A stretch of DNA of 64,000 nucleotides from Candidatus Methylomirabilota bacterium (GTDB taxonomy: Bacteria > Acidobacteriota > Thermoanaerobaculia > Thermoanaerobaculales > Sulfomarinibacteraceae). Shown piece after piece: positions 9,086-20,198 of the stretch. A model generated the notes under the pieces. The model did not search any database. It had not been told where the DNA came from and saw only the letters and a list, made by a program, of their open reading frames with translations. The position numbers and the translations under genes were made by a program. The DNA lies in contig DATHSO010000081.1 of the NCBI GenBank assembly GCA_035464095.1, forward strand, positions 604 to 64,603. The letters are read 5' to 3'. Within the stretch, counting starts at the first letter, position 1. Each line of letters begins with the position of its first letter.

Positions 9086-10020
9086 AGCTTCCGCTGAAGG
9101 CCACGGTCGTCGTCATCGCCCTGGCGCTGCCCTTCCTGGTGGCGGCGAAGGGCGACGACCAGCCGATCTTCGTCAAGTGGCTGGTGCCCGGCGACCCGGT
9201 CGACGAGACCATCCGCATCTACTGGGAGCAGGCCGCGGCGGGCGAGCTCGGCCCGCTGGAGCTGGTCGACCTCGGCACCATGCTCTTCGAGCGCGGCTGG
9301 CCCAAGGACGCCATCGGCTTCTTCGAGGAGGCCCTCGACCAGGACCCGAAGCTGTCCGAGGCCTGGTTCCGGATCGGCGCGGTGCGCCACCGCCAGGGCG
9401 ACCTGGAGGACGCGCGCTCGGCCTACAAGAAGTGCCTCAAGCTCCAGAGCGGCCACGCCTGGGCCAACTTCTACCTCGGCCTGCTCGAGGAGCTCAGCGG
9501 CAACTCGAAGTCGGCCCTCGAGCACTACGAGCGCGCGTTCAAGCACGCCCCCGAGCTCGCCGACCCCCGGATCAACCCCGAGATCCTGTCGTCGGACCTG
9601 CAGCTCGGGGCCAGGCTGCGCCACTTCGACGGCGAGCGCTTCGAGCACTCCCTTCCCATGCCCTTCATGGAGCCGGCCAAGGTCCGCACGATCCGCCGCC
9701 AGTTCGAGCCCGAGCCGGAGGTGGTCGCGATCGAGCCCGCCGACGCGGCGCAGCCCGAGGGGGCGGGCGGATCCGCCTCGACGGCGGCGCCGACTCGCCG
9801 CGCCCCCGCTGCGGCCGGCGCCGCCGGCGGCCCCGCCCGGACGGCGCCCGAGCAGCCCCTGCCGTCCGCCGAGGAGACCCCCTACGGCGTCCCTCCGGTT
9901 CGCCGCGGCACCACGCCGAGCCCGTCCGGCGGGGCGCCCGAGATCAAGAGCACCTCGCCCGAGGCCAGCCTCGGCCCGCTCTCCCCGCGCCTCGAGCGCC
10001 TGGTCGAAGCGCTGATCTGA
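9082..10020 (+). CDS. Secreted TPR-repeat protein with Pro/Ala-rich tail
   Basis: Signal peptide MKLPLKATVVVIALALPFLVAA. TPR-like units (AIGFFEEALDQDPKLSEAWFRIGAVRHRQGDLEDARSAYKKCLKL). Confidence 0.7.
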   Translation: MKLPLKATVVVIALALPFLVAAKGDDQPIFVKWLVPGDPVDETIRIYWEQAAAGELGPLELVDLGTMLFERGWPKDAIGFFEEALDQDPKLSEAWFRIGAVRHRQGDLEDARSAYKKCLKLQSGHAWANFYLGLLEELSGNSKSALEHYERAFKHAPELADPRINPEILSSDLQLGARLRHFDGERFEHSLPMPFMEPAKVRTIRRQFEPEPEVVAIEPADAAQPEGAGGSASTAAPTRRAPAAAGAAGGPARTAPEQPLPSAEETPYGVPPVRRGTTPSPSGGAPEIKSTSPEASLGPLSPRLERLVEALI

Positions 10021-10035
10021 CGCTGCCGCCGCCGC

Positions 10036-11112
10036 TCAGACGTTGAAGCGGAAGTGGACGATGTCGCCGTCCGCCACCCGGTAGGTCTTGCCCTCGAGCC
10101 GCAGGGTGCCGCGCTGCCGGCAGGCGGCGAGGGAGCCGGCATCCAGCAGCTCGTCGTAGGGCACCACCTCGGCTCTGATGAAGCCGCGCTGGATGTCCGA
10201 GTGGATGACCCCCGCCGCCGCCAGGGCCTCGGTGCCGTCAACGATCGACCACGCCCGGCACTCGTCCTCGCCGACCGTGAAGAAGGAGATCAGGCCGAGC
10301 AGCCGGTAGGAGTCGCCGATGATCCGGTCGACGGCGCGATCGGTCACGCCCAGGTCGTCCATGAAGGCCGCCGCGTCGTCGCCGTCGAGCTCGGCGAGCT
10401 CGGCCTCGATGGTCGCGCAGACCCTTGACAAGGCCAGGCCCGGCCGGGAGCTCCAGTCGGCCCAGCCGGCGGCGGCGAATGGGTCCGAGCCGAGCTCGTC
10501 CTCGCCGAGGTTGACCACCACCAGCACCGGCTTGAGCGACAGGAAGGTGAAGCCGCGCAGCTTCTTGCCCTCGGCCTCGTCGAAGCTCTCGGCCCGCAGC
10601 GGCCGCCCGCTCTCGAGGACCGCCAGGCAGCGCTCCAGAAGATCTCGCTCGCGCTCGAGCTCGGCTTCGCGCCGCTTGCCGAGGTCGCGGCGGACCCGCT
10701 CGAGCCGGCGCTCCACCACCATCTGGTCCTGGAGGATGAACTCCTCCTCGATGTGCTCGAGGTCGCGCAGCGGGTCCACGGACCCCTTCGGGTGGGGCAC
10801 GGCGTCCGACTCGAAGGCCCGCAGCACCACCAGCAGGGCGTCGGCGGTGCGCAGCTCGGGCAGGTTGAAGGCGGCCTCGTCCCGGTGCTCGTCGGGAATG
10901 CCCGGGACGTCGGCGAAGCGGACCGTGGCCGGGGTCGTCTTCTTCGGACTGTACATGGCCGAGAGGGCGTCCAGGCGCGGGTCGGGGACCCGGGCCATCC
11001 CGACCTGGGTGGCGTCGCGGCGCCCGCTCGCCGCGGCCGGGTCCTGCCCGGTGAGCAGGGCGAAGAGCGCGGTCTTGCCGCTGCCCGCCAGCCCCATGAT
11101 CCCGACCTCCAT
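10036..11112 (-). CDS. ychF: Redox-regulated ATPase YchF (Obg-like)
   Basis: P-loop GLAGSGKT near the N-terminus. Characteristic C-terminus GKTYRVADGDIVHFRFNV. ATG at 11112 (MEVGIMGL). Confidence 0.88.
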   Translation of the reverse strand: MEVGIMGLAGSGKTALFALLTGQDPAAASGRRDATQVGMARVPDPRLDALSAMYSPKKTTPATVRFADVPGIPDEHRDEAAFNLPELRTADALLVVLRAFESDAVPHPKGSVDPLRDLEHIEEEFILQDQMVVERRLERVRRDLGKRREAELERERDLLERCLAVLESGRPLRAESFDEAEGKKLRGFTFLSLKPVLVVVNLGEDELGSDPFAAAGWADWSSRPGLALSRVCATIEAELAELDGDDAAAFMDDLGVTDRAVDRIIGDSYRLLGLISFFTVGEDECRAWSIVDGTEALAAAGVIHSDIQRGFIRAEVVPYDELLDAGSLAACRQRGTLRLEGKTYRVADGDIVHFRFNV

Positions 11113-11161
11113 CGCAACCCCCTTCGCCCAACCCTCGACCGCAACGGTCACCCAATGTCCG

Positions 11162-11196
11162 ACAACTGAAAACTAAAAACTAAAAACTAAGAACTT
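11162..11196. repeat. AT-rich tandem heptamer array (AACTNNN x5, core AAAACTA x3)
   Basis: gacAACTgaAAACTAAAAACTAAAAACTAagAACTt with an exact 7-nt period. It lies 50 nt upstream of the ychF start in an otherwise ~70% GC context. Confidence 0.8.
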
Positions 11197-11251
11197 ATCG
11201 TCCGCAGCCTCGGGATTCTCGATGCTCGCTCGCGACCTGTCAACTCCCCCC

Positions 11252-12610
11252 TCACCCGACCACCGGCTGCCTCCGGACCAGCAGCGAGGGCGTTCCGACG
11301 AAACCGCGGGCGGTCTCGAACCAGCAGCTGTCGGTGCCGACGGCGTCGATCCGGCGCAGCAGGGCGCCGAGGCCGCCCCGCAGCTCGACCACAGGGTGCC
11401 AGCCCCTGACCTGCCGCCGGTGGATCCAGACCCCGGAGGCGGCCAGGCTGTAGCGGTCCTCGGCGAGATTGCAGACCACCGGCGCCAGCGGTCTGAGCAG
11501 GTACAGGGAGCGGTCGCTGGCGGCGAGCAGCTCGCCGGCGGCGAGGCCGTCGGCGGTGAGCACCCGGAGATTGGCGATGCCGGTGGCGGGGCGGTCGCGG
11601 TAGGACAGCCGGACCGCGCCGCCCCGGGGCAGGTCGTCGAAGCGCACGGCGTCGGCGAAGCTGGCCACCCGGTGACGAGGGGCGCCCTCCTCGAGCAGCA
11701 GGGTCCGCCGGGCCGCCAGGCCCTCGCCGTCGCAGGGCCCGACCACCGGCGCCGACGGGTCGCTGCGCTCGTCGACCAACGACAGGGCCCAGGCCGCCAG
11801 CAGGCCGCTGCGGTCGAGCAGCCCCGGCAGCGGGTCGCGGTCGGGGGCGGTGGCGAGGAACAGGGGCGACAGGGCGGCGAGCAGCTGGGCCGCCACCTCG
11901 GGGTGCAGCAGCAGGTCGTGCAGGCCGCTGTCGGTGACGACCCGGTGACGGGTGAGCAGGGCCCGGTTGCCGATGCGCCCGGCCAGCGCCTCGGCGTCGA
12001 AGCCCTCGGGGTCGGGGATGTGCACCCACTCCCGCCAGGTGCCGGGGCGATCGCCGACCCGCACCTCCACCAGCATCGAGGCCACCCTCCGGTCGTGGCC
12101 GGCGGACCAGCCGTCGCCGGTGGTCAGCTGCCAGGCGTAGCCGCCCTCCTGGACGACCGCCCGACCGAGCTCGAGGCGGCCGCCGGAGAGGGCGCCGAGG
12201 GCGGCGGTCAGCTCGCCGGCCACGTGCTGGGCCCAGCCGGGAGGTGGCAAGGCCGGGCCGGGCGGGATCGGGCTGGTGCCGAGGAGCCGCGCCGGCGGCA
12301 TCGGATCGGGACCCGGCGCGGCGGTGGCCCGGGCCGCCTCGACCACCGATCTGAGGGTCGGACCGTCCAGCCCCGAGCTGGCCGCGAAGCCCGCCCGGCC
12401 GGCGGCGAAGAGCCGCACCCCGACCCCGCTCTCGGCGGTCTCCACCGTCCGCCGCAGCCGGCCGCCGGCAACCTCGACCTGACGCGTCAGCGAGCTCTTG
12501 AGGAAGACCTCCCAGCGGCCGTCGTTGTCGCCCAGGAGCTCCCCGCAGGCGGCGGAGGCACGCTCCAGAACGCGGTGCTGCTCGCCGGGGTCGCTCGCCG
12601 GGTGGGTCAC
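11252..12610 (-). CDS. TldD/PmbA family metalloprotease-like protein (PmbA-like partner)
   Basis: About 450 aa. GTG 12610 overlaps the upstream stop (GTGA). Family-typical C-terminal beta-rich region. It is paired with a TldD-like gene. No HExxxH motif was seen in this copy. Confidence 0.75.
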   Translation of the reverse strand: MTHPASDPGEQHRVLERASAACGELLGDNDGRWEVFLKSSLTRQVEVAGGRLRRTVETAESGVGVRLFAAGRAGFAASSGLDGPTLRSVVEAARATAAPGPDPMPPARLLGTSPIPPGPALPPPGWAQHVAGELTAALGALSGGRLELGRAVVQEGGYAWQLTTGDGWSAGHDRRVASMLVEVRVGDRPGTWREWVHIPDPEGFDAEALAGRIGNRALLTRHRVVTDSGLHDLLLHPEVAAQLLAALSPLFLATAPDRDPLPGLLDRSGLLAAWALSLVDERSDPSAPVVGPCDGEGLAARRTLLLEEGAPRHRVASFADAVRFDDLPRGGAVRLSYRDRPATGIANLRVLTADGLAAGELLAASDRSLYLLRPLAPVVCNLAEDRYSLAASGVWIHRRQVRGWHPVVELRGGLGALLRRIDAVGTDSCWFETARGFVGTPSLLVRRQPVVG

Positions 12611-13899
12611 AGGACCTCCAGGCCGCGGATCAGGAGGGTCGGCGCCTCCGAGCCGGTGGCCAGGGGCAGGCCGTCCTTGACGCACCAGCCCAGGCGCCAG
12701 TCCGGGGTCGGGTCGTCGCCGACGGCGGGGTCGATGCCGGCCAGGATCTCGGTGACGCTGCCGGTCAGCTCGATCGGTCCCAGGGGCCGGCGGCGGCGAC
12801 CGTTGCGGAGCTCGAAGCCCCGCTCCACCCGCAGCACGGTGCGGCTCGACACCGGGTCGACGGTGGCTCCCGAGAGCCGGGTCACGACCAGGCCGCGCCC
12901 GATCCCGGCTTCAATGGACCCGGGTGCGGTGCTGCCGGCCGCGGCGACCAGGTTCGACAGGCGCGGCGCCGGCGGCGACCGCCAGTCGGCGCGTCGCCCC
13001 CGCCCCGGGGCGCCGCCGCCGCCGGCGGCGGTGTCGCGGTCGCACAGAAAGCCGCACAGCCGCCCGGCCGCGAGCAGGGTCACGGGCTCGGCGGCGACCC
13101 CCTCGACGTCGCAGCTGAAGGCGCCGGGGAGGTCGCACCGGCGGGGGTCGTCGACGACGGTCAGGGGCGCCTCGGTCAGGGTGGCGCCGCCGAGGCCTGC
13201 CAGGGGCGAGCGGCCCTCGGCCACCAGGTCGCCCTCGACCAGGTGGCCGACCAGCTCGTGGAGCAGCGGCCCGGCGGTGCCCTGGGTGAAGACCACCGGC
13301 AGGCGCGAGCCCGCGTCGGGGCAGAAGGTCCGGCTCGGCGCCGGTGCCAGCAGCTCGCTGATCCAGGCGCCGAGTCGCGGGTGGCCCCACACCGCGAGCA
13401 GCGCCGCGTCCGGCGCCGGGCCGACCTCCATGCGAACCAGGGGCGGACTGACGGCGTGGCGCCAGCCGCTGCGGCGCACCACCACCGCCGTCCGCGCGAG
13501 GTAGCGCAGCGACGCGTTCGGGTCGCCCGTCCGGTCGATCACGTCGCGGGCCCAGTCAACCCATCCCGCCGGCGGACCCAGGTCGAGGGCGGGAGGCGGC
13601 GGGCTCGGCGGGACCTTGAGGCGGTCGGCGTAGCGCGACACCAGGGCGGCCACCGCCTCGCCCGACACCCCGGCCGCGGCGTGGACCGCCCACCGCGACG
13701 GGAAGCGCCAGCGCGCGGCGGCCCCTTCGCTGCGGCAGGAGGCGACCGCCGACGCCGCGCCGACCCGCACCTCGAGGCGGCGCTCCAGGTAGAGGTCCTC
13801 GAAGGCGGGGTGGCTGCCCCGCAGCGCCCGGCAGCCGGTCACCAGGTGGTCGAGCCATCGGGGGTCGAAGGGGGGGTGGGTCGGCGGGGGCCGGTGCAC
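12607..13899 (-). CDS. TldD-like metalloprotease
   Basis: 430 aa. HExxxH motif in [13 protein letters not shown]. TldD/PmbA-type C-terminus. Confidence 0.78.
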   Translation of the reverse strand: MHRPPPTHPPFDPRWLDHLVTGCRALRGSHPAFEDLYLERRLEVRVGAASAVASCRSEGAAARWRFPSRWAVHAAAGVSGEAVAALVSRYADRLKVPPSPPPPALDLGPPAGWVDWARDVIDRTGDPNASLRYLARTAVVVRRSGWRHAVSPPLVRMEVGPAPDAALLAVWGHPRLGAWISELLAPAPSRTFCPDAGSRLPVVFTQGTAGPLLHELVGHLVEGDLVAEGRSPLAGLGGATLTEAPLTVVDDPRRCDLPGAFSCDVEGVAAEPVTLLAAGRLCGFLCDRDTAAGGGGAPGRGRRADWRSPPAPRLSNLVAAAGSTAPGSIEAGIGRGLVVTRLSGATVDPVSSRTVLRVERGFELRNGRRRRPLGPIELTGSVTEILAGIDPAVGDDPTPDWRLGWCVKDGLPLATGSEAPTLLIRGLEVL

Positions 13900-14036
13900 C
13901 CCGCCATGGTACCGCCGCCCGGGCGGCTTCGATACGCTCGCCGGGGCCGCGCGGGGACCGGCCGGCCGTGGTGTCGGTGCAGGGTAGAATGCTGAGACGC
14001 GCCGCCGAAGCCGGGGGCGATCTTGGAGGAGGACGC

Positions 14037-15584
<1,548 letters not shown>

Positions 15585-15586
15585 AG

Positions 15587-15686
15587 AGTTCTCAATTCTC
15601 AATTTTGAATTCTCAATTATCGGCGTCTATGGTCACCCGGAATGTGGGATAAATAATTGAGAATTAAGAATTTAGAATTGAGAATT
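15587..15686. repeat. AT-rich inverted repeat built from TTCTCAAT units (33-nt arms, 34-nt spacer)
   Basis: Left arm agttctcaattctcaattttgaattctcaatta (15587-15619). Right arm taattgagaattaagaatttagaattgagaatt (15654-15686). 29 of 33 positions are complementary. It is about 30% GC and sits between two carboxylase genes. Confidence 0.85.
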
Positions 15687-15712
15687 ACGAACTCCGAAAG
15701 CTGGTTGCAACG

Positions 15713-17230
15713 ATGAAGCTGCTGATTGCCAACCGGGGCGAGATCGCGGTCCGGATCATCCGGGGCTGCCGCGAGATGGGGATCGGGACGGTGGCGGTGT
15801 ACTCCGAGGTCGACCGCCGCGCCCCGCACGTGCTGATGGCCGACCAGGCCTTCCCGATCGGGCCCGCCGCGGCCTCCGAGAGCTACCTCAGCATCGACCG
15901 CCTGCTCGAGGCGGCGGCCCGCGGCGGCGCCGACCTGGTCCACCCCGGCTACGGCTTCCTGGCCGAGAACGCCGGCTTCGCCGAGCGAGTCGAGGCGGCG
16001 GGCCTGACCTGGGTTGGACCGCCGCCCGACGCCATCCGGCTGATGGGCTCCAAGACCGAGAGCCGCAAGCTCGCCGTCGAAACCGGCGTGCCCCTGATCC
16101 CGGGCATGGTCGAGCCCCTGGAGGACCTGGCCGGGCTCGAGGCCTTCGTCGACGAGCACGGCCTGCCGGTGCTGCTCAAGGCGGTGGCGGGCGGCGGCGG
16201 CAAGGGCATGCGGGCGGTCCGCGACCGCTCCGAGCTCGGTGCCGCCTTCGACCGCGCGCGCTCGGAGGGCCGCGCCTACTTCGGCGACGACCGGGTCTAC
16301 GTCGAGAAGCTCGTCGAGCGGGCCCGGCACATCGAGGTCCAGGTCGCTGCCGACAAGCACGGCAACGCGGTCTACGTCGGCGAGCGCGAGTGCTCGATCC
16401 AGCGCCGCCACCAGAAGGTGGTGGAGGAGTGCCCGTCGCCGGTGGTCTCCCCCGAGCTCCGCCGGCGCCTGGGCGAGGCCGCCCTGGCCATCGTCCGCGG
16501 CTCGGGCTACCACTCGGTGGGGACCGTGGAGTTTCTGGTCGGCCCGGACGGCAGCTTCTACTTCCTGGAGATGAACACCCGGCTCCAGGTCGAGCACCCC
16601 GTCACCGAGGAGGTGTACGGGGTCGACCTGGTTCGCGAGCAGATCAACCTCGCCCTGGGCCGACAGCTGTCCTGGCGCCAGGAGGACCTGGTGCCCCGCG
16701 GCCACGCCATCGAGTGCCGGGTGTACGCCGAGGACCCGCTGCGGAACTTCGCGCCGTCGCCGGGCCGGATCGACCTGCTGGTGCGGCCGGGCGGGCCGGG
16801 GGTCCGGATCGACTCCGGGGTCTTCCAGGGCAGCGTGGTGCCCCTGGACTACGACCCGATGGTGGCCAAGCTGGTGGTCCACGCCGCGGACCGTCCGGCG
16901 GCGGTGGCCCGCCTCAAGCGGGCGCTGGAGGAGTACCAGATCCGGGGCATCGCCACCACCCTGACCCTGTTCCGGGCGCTGGTCGAGATGGAGGCCTTCG
17001 TCGAGGCCGACTTCGACACCGCCTTCCTCGACCAGCTCCTGCAGTCCCGTCAGCTCGAGGACCTGCACGCCCAGCAGGACCCCGAGGCCGAGGAGGCCGC
17101 CATGGTGGCCGCGGCCTGCCTCGCCACCCTGGAAGCCGGGAGCGTGTCGGACGACCCCTTCGGGCACGCGGCGGGCAGCCACTGGTGGGGCGAGGGGCTG
17201 CGCCAGCAGCACGGGAGGTTCCCGCGATGA
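15713..17230 (+). CDS. accC: Biotin carboxylase subunit of an acyl-CoA carboxylase
   Basis: MKLLIANRGEIAVRIIRGCREMGI N-terminus and ATP-grasp core (GGGGKGMR). 505 aa. Confidence 0.9.
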   Translation: MKLLIANRGEIAVRIIRGCREMGIGTVAVYSEVDRRAPHVLMADQAFPIGPAAASESYLSIDRLLEAAARGGADLVHPGYGFLAENAGFAERVEAAGLTWVGPPPDAIRLMGSKTESRKLAVETGVPLIPGMVEPLEDLAGLEAFVDEHGLPVLLKAVAGGGGKGMRAVRDRSELGAAFDRARSEGRAYFGDDRVYVEKLVERARHIEVQVAADKHGNAVYVGERECSIQRRHQKVVEECPSPVVSPELRRRLGEAALAIVRGSGYHSVGTVEFLVGPDGSFYFLEMNTRLQVEHPVTEEVYGVDLVREQINLALGRQLSWRQEDLVPRGHAIECRVYAEDPLRNFAPSPGRIDLLVRPGGPGVRIDSGVFQGSVVPLDYDPMVAKLVVHAADRPAAVARLKRALEEYQIRGIATTLTLFRALVEMEAFVEADFDTAFLDQLLQSRQLEDLHAQQDPEAEEAAMVAAACLATLEAGSVSDDPFGHAAGSHWWGEGLRQQHGRFPR

Positions 17231-17730
17231 AGTGGGTGGTCCGGACCAAAGAGCGCAGCCGCGAGGTGATCGTGGAGCGGGTCGCCGGCGGCTTCGAGGT
17301 GGTGCTCGACGGCGAGCGACGGCGGGTCGAGCTGGAGCGCCTCGACGGCGCCATCGCGTCGCTTCGCTACGTCGACGACGGCCGCAGCTTCTCGGTCAGC
17401 TACCAGCGCGGCAACGGCCGCCGGTGGCGGCTCGCCGTGGGCGAACGGGACTTCGACTCCGAGGTGCTGACGCCGGTGGAGGCCATCGAGGCCGACGCGG
17501 TGGCGGCGGTGGCGGGGCCGAGCGCCGTCATCGCGCCGATCCCGGGCAAGGTCGTGAAGGTCCACGTGGCGGTGGGCGACGAGGTCACCGCCGGCCAGCC
17601 CCTGGTGGTGCTCGAGGCCATGAAGATGGAGAACGAGCTCACCGCCGAGCAGGCCGGCGTGGTCACCGCGGTCCACGTCGAGCCCGGGCGCACCGTCGAC
17701 ACCGGCACCGTCCTCGTCGAGCTCGAGTAG
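17227..17730 (+). CDS. Biotin carboxyl carrier / biotin-lipoyl attachment domain protein
   Basis: ATG 17227 overlaps the accC stop (ATGA). C-terminal biotinylation motif LEAMKMENEL. Confidence 0.85.
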   Translation: MKWVVRTKERSREVIVERVAGGFEVVLDGERRRVELERLDGAIASLRYVDDGRSFSVSYQRGNGRRWRLAVGERDFDSEVLTPVEAIEADAVAAVAGPSAVIAPIPGKVVKVHVAVGDEVTAGQPLVVLEAMKMENELTAEQAGVVTAVHVEPGRTVDTGTVLVELE

Positions 17731-17753
17731 CCGCCGTCGCCCGCCGGTGGCGG

Positions 17754-19487
17754 CTACTCGTGGACGGTGACCCGGGTGGTGGTGAAGGAGGTCTGCCGGG
17801 TCACCGGGTCGAGCAGGCCGAAGGCCACGTTGTAGGTGCCGCTCTCCATGAGCAGGTTGGCGGCGATGGCGAAGCGCTGGCGCTGGGCGTCCTCGTAGTC
17901 GGCGGCTTTGACCCGGACCTCGTGGGTCTGGCGGACGACGTCGGAGCGGTCGCCGGTGGTGCTCCGGGCGGCGAGGAACAGGATGACGTTGGCCGTGTAG
18001 TCCTCGCCCGAGGGCAGCAGGGCGACCCGGCGCAGCGGGAAGGACAGCTCGAAGGGCACCATCCAGCGCTCGCCCCCGGCCGGCGCCTGGCTGCCGATCT
18101 CCGCCATGAGCTCCATGGGGTTGTCCTCGAGGGGGAACATGAGACCGGTGACGACCTTGTCCTGGACCCGGCTCTCCAGGCTCTTCTCGACGAAGCGCTG
18201 GCGGTAGCGCAGCCGGTACTCGGGATGGTCGGGGATCTCGACCTCGATCTTGTGCACCTTGTCGAGGCCGCTCTGGTTGAGGGTGTAGCCGAGGGAGTAG
18301 TAGGTGTAGAAGTCCTGGGCGATCCTGTCGAGGCCGTCGGTGAAGTCGTTGGTGTTGAGGATCGCGGCGCCGCCGGTGCCGTCGGCCATGAAGCGCAGGG
18401 AGTCCAGGTAGTTCTGGTTGCCGATGTTGGCGGACATGGTGTCCTGGGGCATGCCGATCTCGGACGCGGTCAGGGCGGTGTTCTCGAGGCCGCCGACCCC
18501 GATGGTGTAGAAGCTGACGTCCTGGGCGTTGGCGTTGGACACCAGGGAGTTGAACTGGCGGGTCATGTTGTATCGCGCCGACTCGGTGAGGACCGAGCTC
18601 TCGTTGTAGGAGTTGGCGAAGGAGTAGAAGAGGTCGAGCCCGGGGGTCATGGGCAGGCCGTTGGAGACGTAGACGACGACCTTCTTGCCGGGCAGGCCCG
18701 ACAGCATGGTGACCGTGTCGCGCAGCGCCCCGAGGGTGAACTGGAGGTTGTTCGCCTCCTCCTCGGCGAAGCCGATCATGAGGCCGTGGGCGCGGCTCAT
18801 GGCGCTGACGTCGGTGCGGCCGCTCCCCCGGCTCCGCTCGGACTCGGCAAACTGGCGCAGGATGTCCTTGCGGGTGCCGTCGAGCTCGTTGCGGCCGCCG
18901 GTCATGACCTTGATCTCGCGCAGGGCGTCGTGGATCTCCCGCTGGTCCGAGGTGAAGGTCTGGAGCACGTCCTGGGACTGCTGGTAGGAGATCACCATCA
19001 TCTGCACCGGCGGGTGGAGGTTCTCGCGGACGAAGGACCGCATCTGGGTGATCAGCCGGTTGCGGTCCAGGGCCCGGGAGTTCTTGTTGTCGAAGTAGAG
19101 CACCACGTAGACCGGCCGCAGGGCCTCCTTGGAGAGCTCGTCGGCCCCCGGCACCGGGGTCGGGGTGGGCACTCCCGTCGGCGCCCCCTCGGCCCCGTAG
19201 AGGCTGCGGTAGACGTCCTCGGTGAAGAGGCCGAAGTTGCTGATCGGCCGGACGACGCCGTCCTGGCTGAGCACGAAGTCGTCGGGGCCGAGGTCGGTGA
19301 CCGCCCGGCCGTCCTTGTCGGTGACGTAGACGTTGACGTTGACCACCGTGACCTCGACCTCGCCGGCGAAGGGCAGGCCGCCCACCACCCCCGGGTCCGG
19401 CGCGCGGTCCTCCTCCTGGTCGCGGGCCGGCGCGACGGCGACGGCCAGGGCCAAAGCGAGGGCGATCGCAAGAGTGCGTGCTGCCAC
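17754..19487 (-). CDS. Secreted VWA-domain protein (VWFA-related acidobacterial-type N-terminal domain)
   Basis: Signal peptide MAARTLAIALALALAVAVAPA. N-terminal VEVTVVNVNVYVTDKDGRAVTDLGPDDFVLSQDGVVRPISNF pattern. Central VWA-like region (VYVVLYFD). Confidence 0.8.
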   Translation of the reverse strand: MAARTLAIALALALAVAVAPARDQEEDRAPDPGVVGGLPFAGEVEVTVVNVNVYVTDKDGRAVTDLGPDDFVLSQDGVVRPISNFGLFTEDVYRSLYGAEGAPTGVPTPTPVPGADELSKEALRPVYVVLYFDNKNSRALDRNRLITQMRSFVRENLHPPVQMMVISYQQSQDVLQTFTSDQREIHDALREIKVMTGGRNELDGTRKDILRQFAESERSRGSGRTDVSAMSRAHGLMIGFAEEEANNLQFTLGALRDTVTMLSGLPGKKVVVYVSNGLPMTPGLDLFYSFANSYNESSVLTESARYNMTRQFNSLVSNANAQDVSFYTIGVGGLENTALTASEIGMPQDTMSANIGNQNYLDSLRFMADGTGGAAILNTNDFTDGLDRIAQDFYTYYSLGYTLNQSGLDKVHKIEVEIPDHPEYRLRYRQRFVEKSLESRVQDKVVTGLMFPLEDNPMELMAEIGSQAPAGGERWMVPFELSFPLRRVALLPSGEDYTANVILFLAARSTTGDRSDVVRQTHEVRVKAADYEDAQRQRFAIAANLLMESGTYNVAFGLLDPVTRQTSFTTTRVTVHE

Positions 19488-19546
19488 GAGTCCACCTCCG
19501 GGGGGAAGTCTACCGCGAACCCCGGTGTCGGGACGACCCGGGTCGC

Positions 19547-19571
19547 GAACGCCGATCGGCCGGCCGCCGTC
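19547..19571 (+). promoter_or_regulatory. Candidate ECF-type promoter (GCGAAC-N17-CGTC) upstream of the ECF sigma gene
   Basis: gcGAACgccgatcggccggccgcCGTC ends 26 nt before GTG 19597. The pattern resembles the AAC-N16/17-CGT of autoregulated ECF promoters. It is GC-rich, so a chance match is plausible. Confidence 0.3.
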
Positions 19572-19596
19572 GCGATGCCTGTATCATGTCGGCGCC

Positions 19597-20169
19597 GTGA
19601 GCTTCGATCAAGCGTCCGACGAGCAGCTCGTGCGCCTCGCCGTCGACGGAGACGAGGACGCCTACGGTCTGGTGGTGCGCCGCTACCAGCGGCGGCTGAC
19701 GGCCTTCCTGGCGCAGCTGGTCGGCGACCTCGAGATCGCCCGAGAGCTCTCCCAGGAGACCTTCGTCCGCGCCTGGTCGGCCCTCGAGCGCTTCAACCCG
19801 AGCTACCGCTTCTCGACCTGGCTGTTCCGGATCGGCCACAACCTCGCCATCGACCACCTGCGGCGGCGGCGGCTCACGACCGTCTCCCTGCAGCGCACCG
19901 ACCAGGAGGGCGAGGAGGTCGAGATCGTGGTCGAGGACGACACCAAGGACCCCCTCGGCCACTTCGAGAACCGGGAGCTGGCGGTGTCCCTCAAGAGGGC
20001 CATCGAGGACCTGCGGCCGGAGTACCGGGAGCTGGTCCTGCTGCGCCACTTCGCGGGTCTGAGCTACCAGGAGATCGCGGATCTGAAGGACATGCCGCTG
20101 GGAACCGTGAAGAACAAACTTTTCCGAGCCCACACCGTATTACGCAACGCCCTGGCGACCTTCCTGTGA
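19597..20169 (+). CDS. ECF-family RNA polymerase sigma-70 factor
   Basis: Region 2 (AYGLVVRRYQRRLTAFLAQLVGD..ETFVRAW..FSTWLFRIGHNLAIDHLRRR) and region 4 (LSYQEIADLKDMPLGTVKNKLFRA). GTG start is inferred. Confidence 0.85.
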   Translation: MSFDQASDEQLVRLAVDGDEDAYGLVVRRYQRRLTAFLAQLVGDLEIARELSQETFVRAWSALERFNPSYRFSTWLFRIGHNLAIDHLRRRRLTTVSLQRTDQEGEEVEIVVEDDTKDPLGHFENRELAVSLKRAIEDLRPEYRELVLLRHFAGLSYQEIADLKDMPLGTVKNKLFRAHTVLRNALATFL

Positions 20170-20198
20170 GGTCGGCGGCGGCATGAGAGGAGGCCACG

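Noticed and set aside
13985-13990. TAGAAT as a -10 box upstream of the carboxyltransferase gene.
   Set aside because: No acceptable -35 (ccggcc) or TG extension sits at the right spacing. It is too weak to report as a feature.
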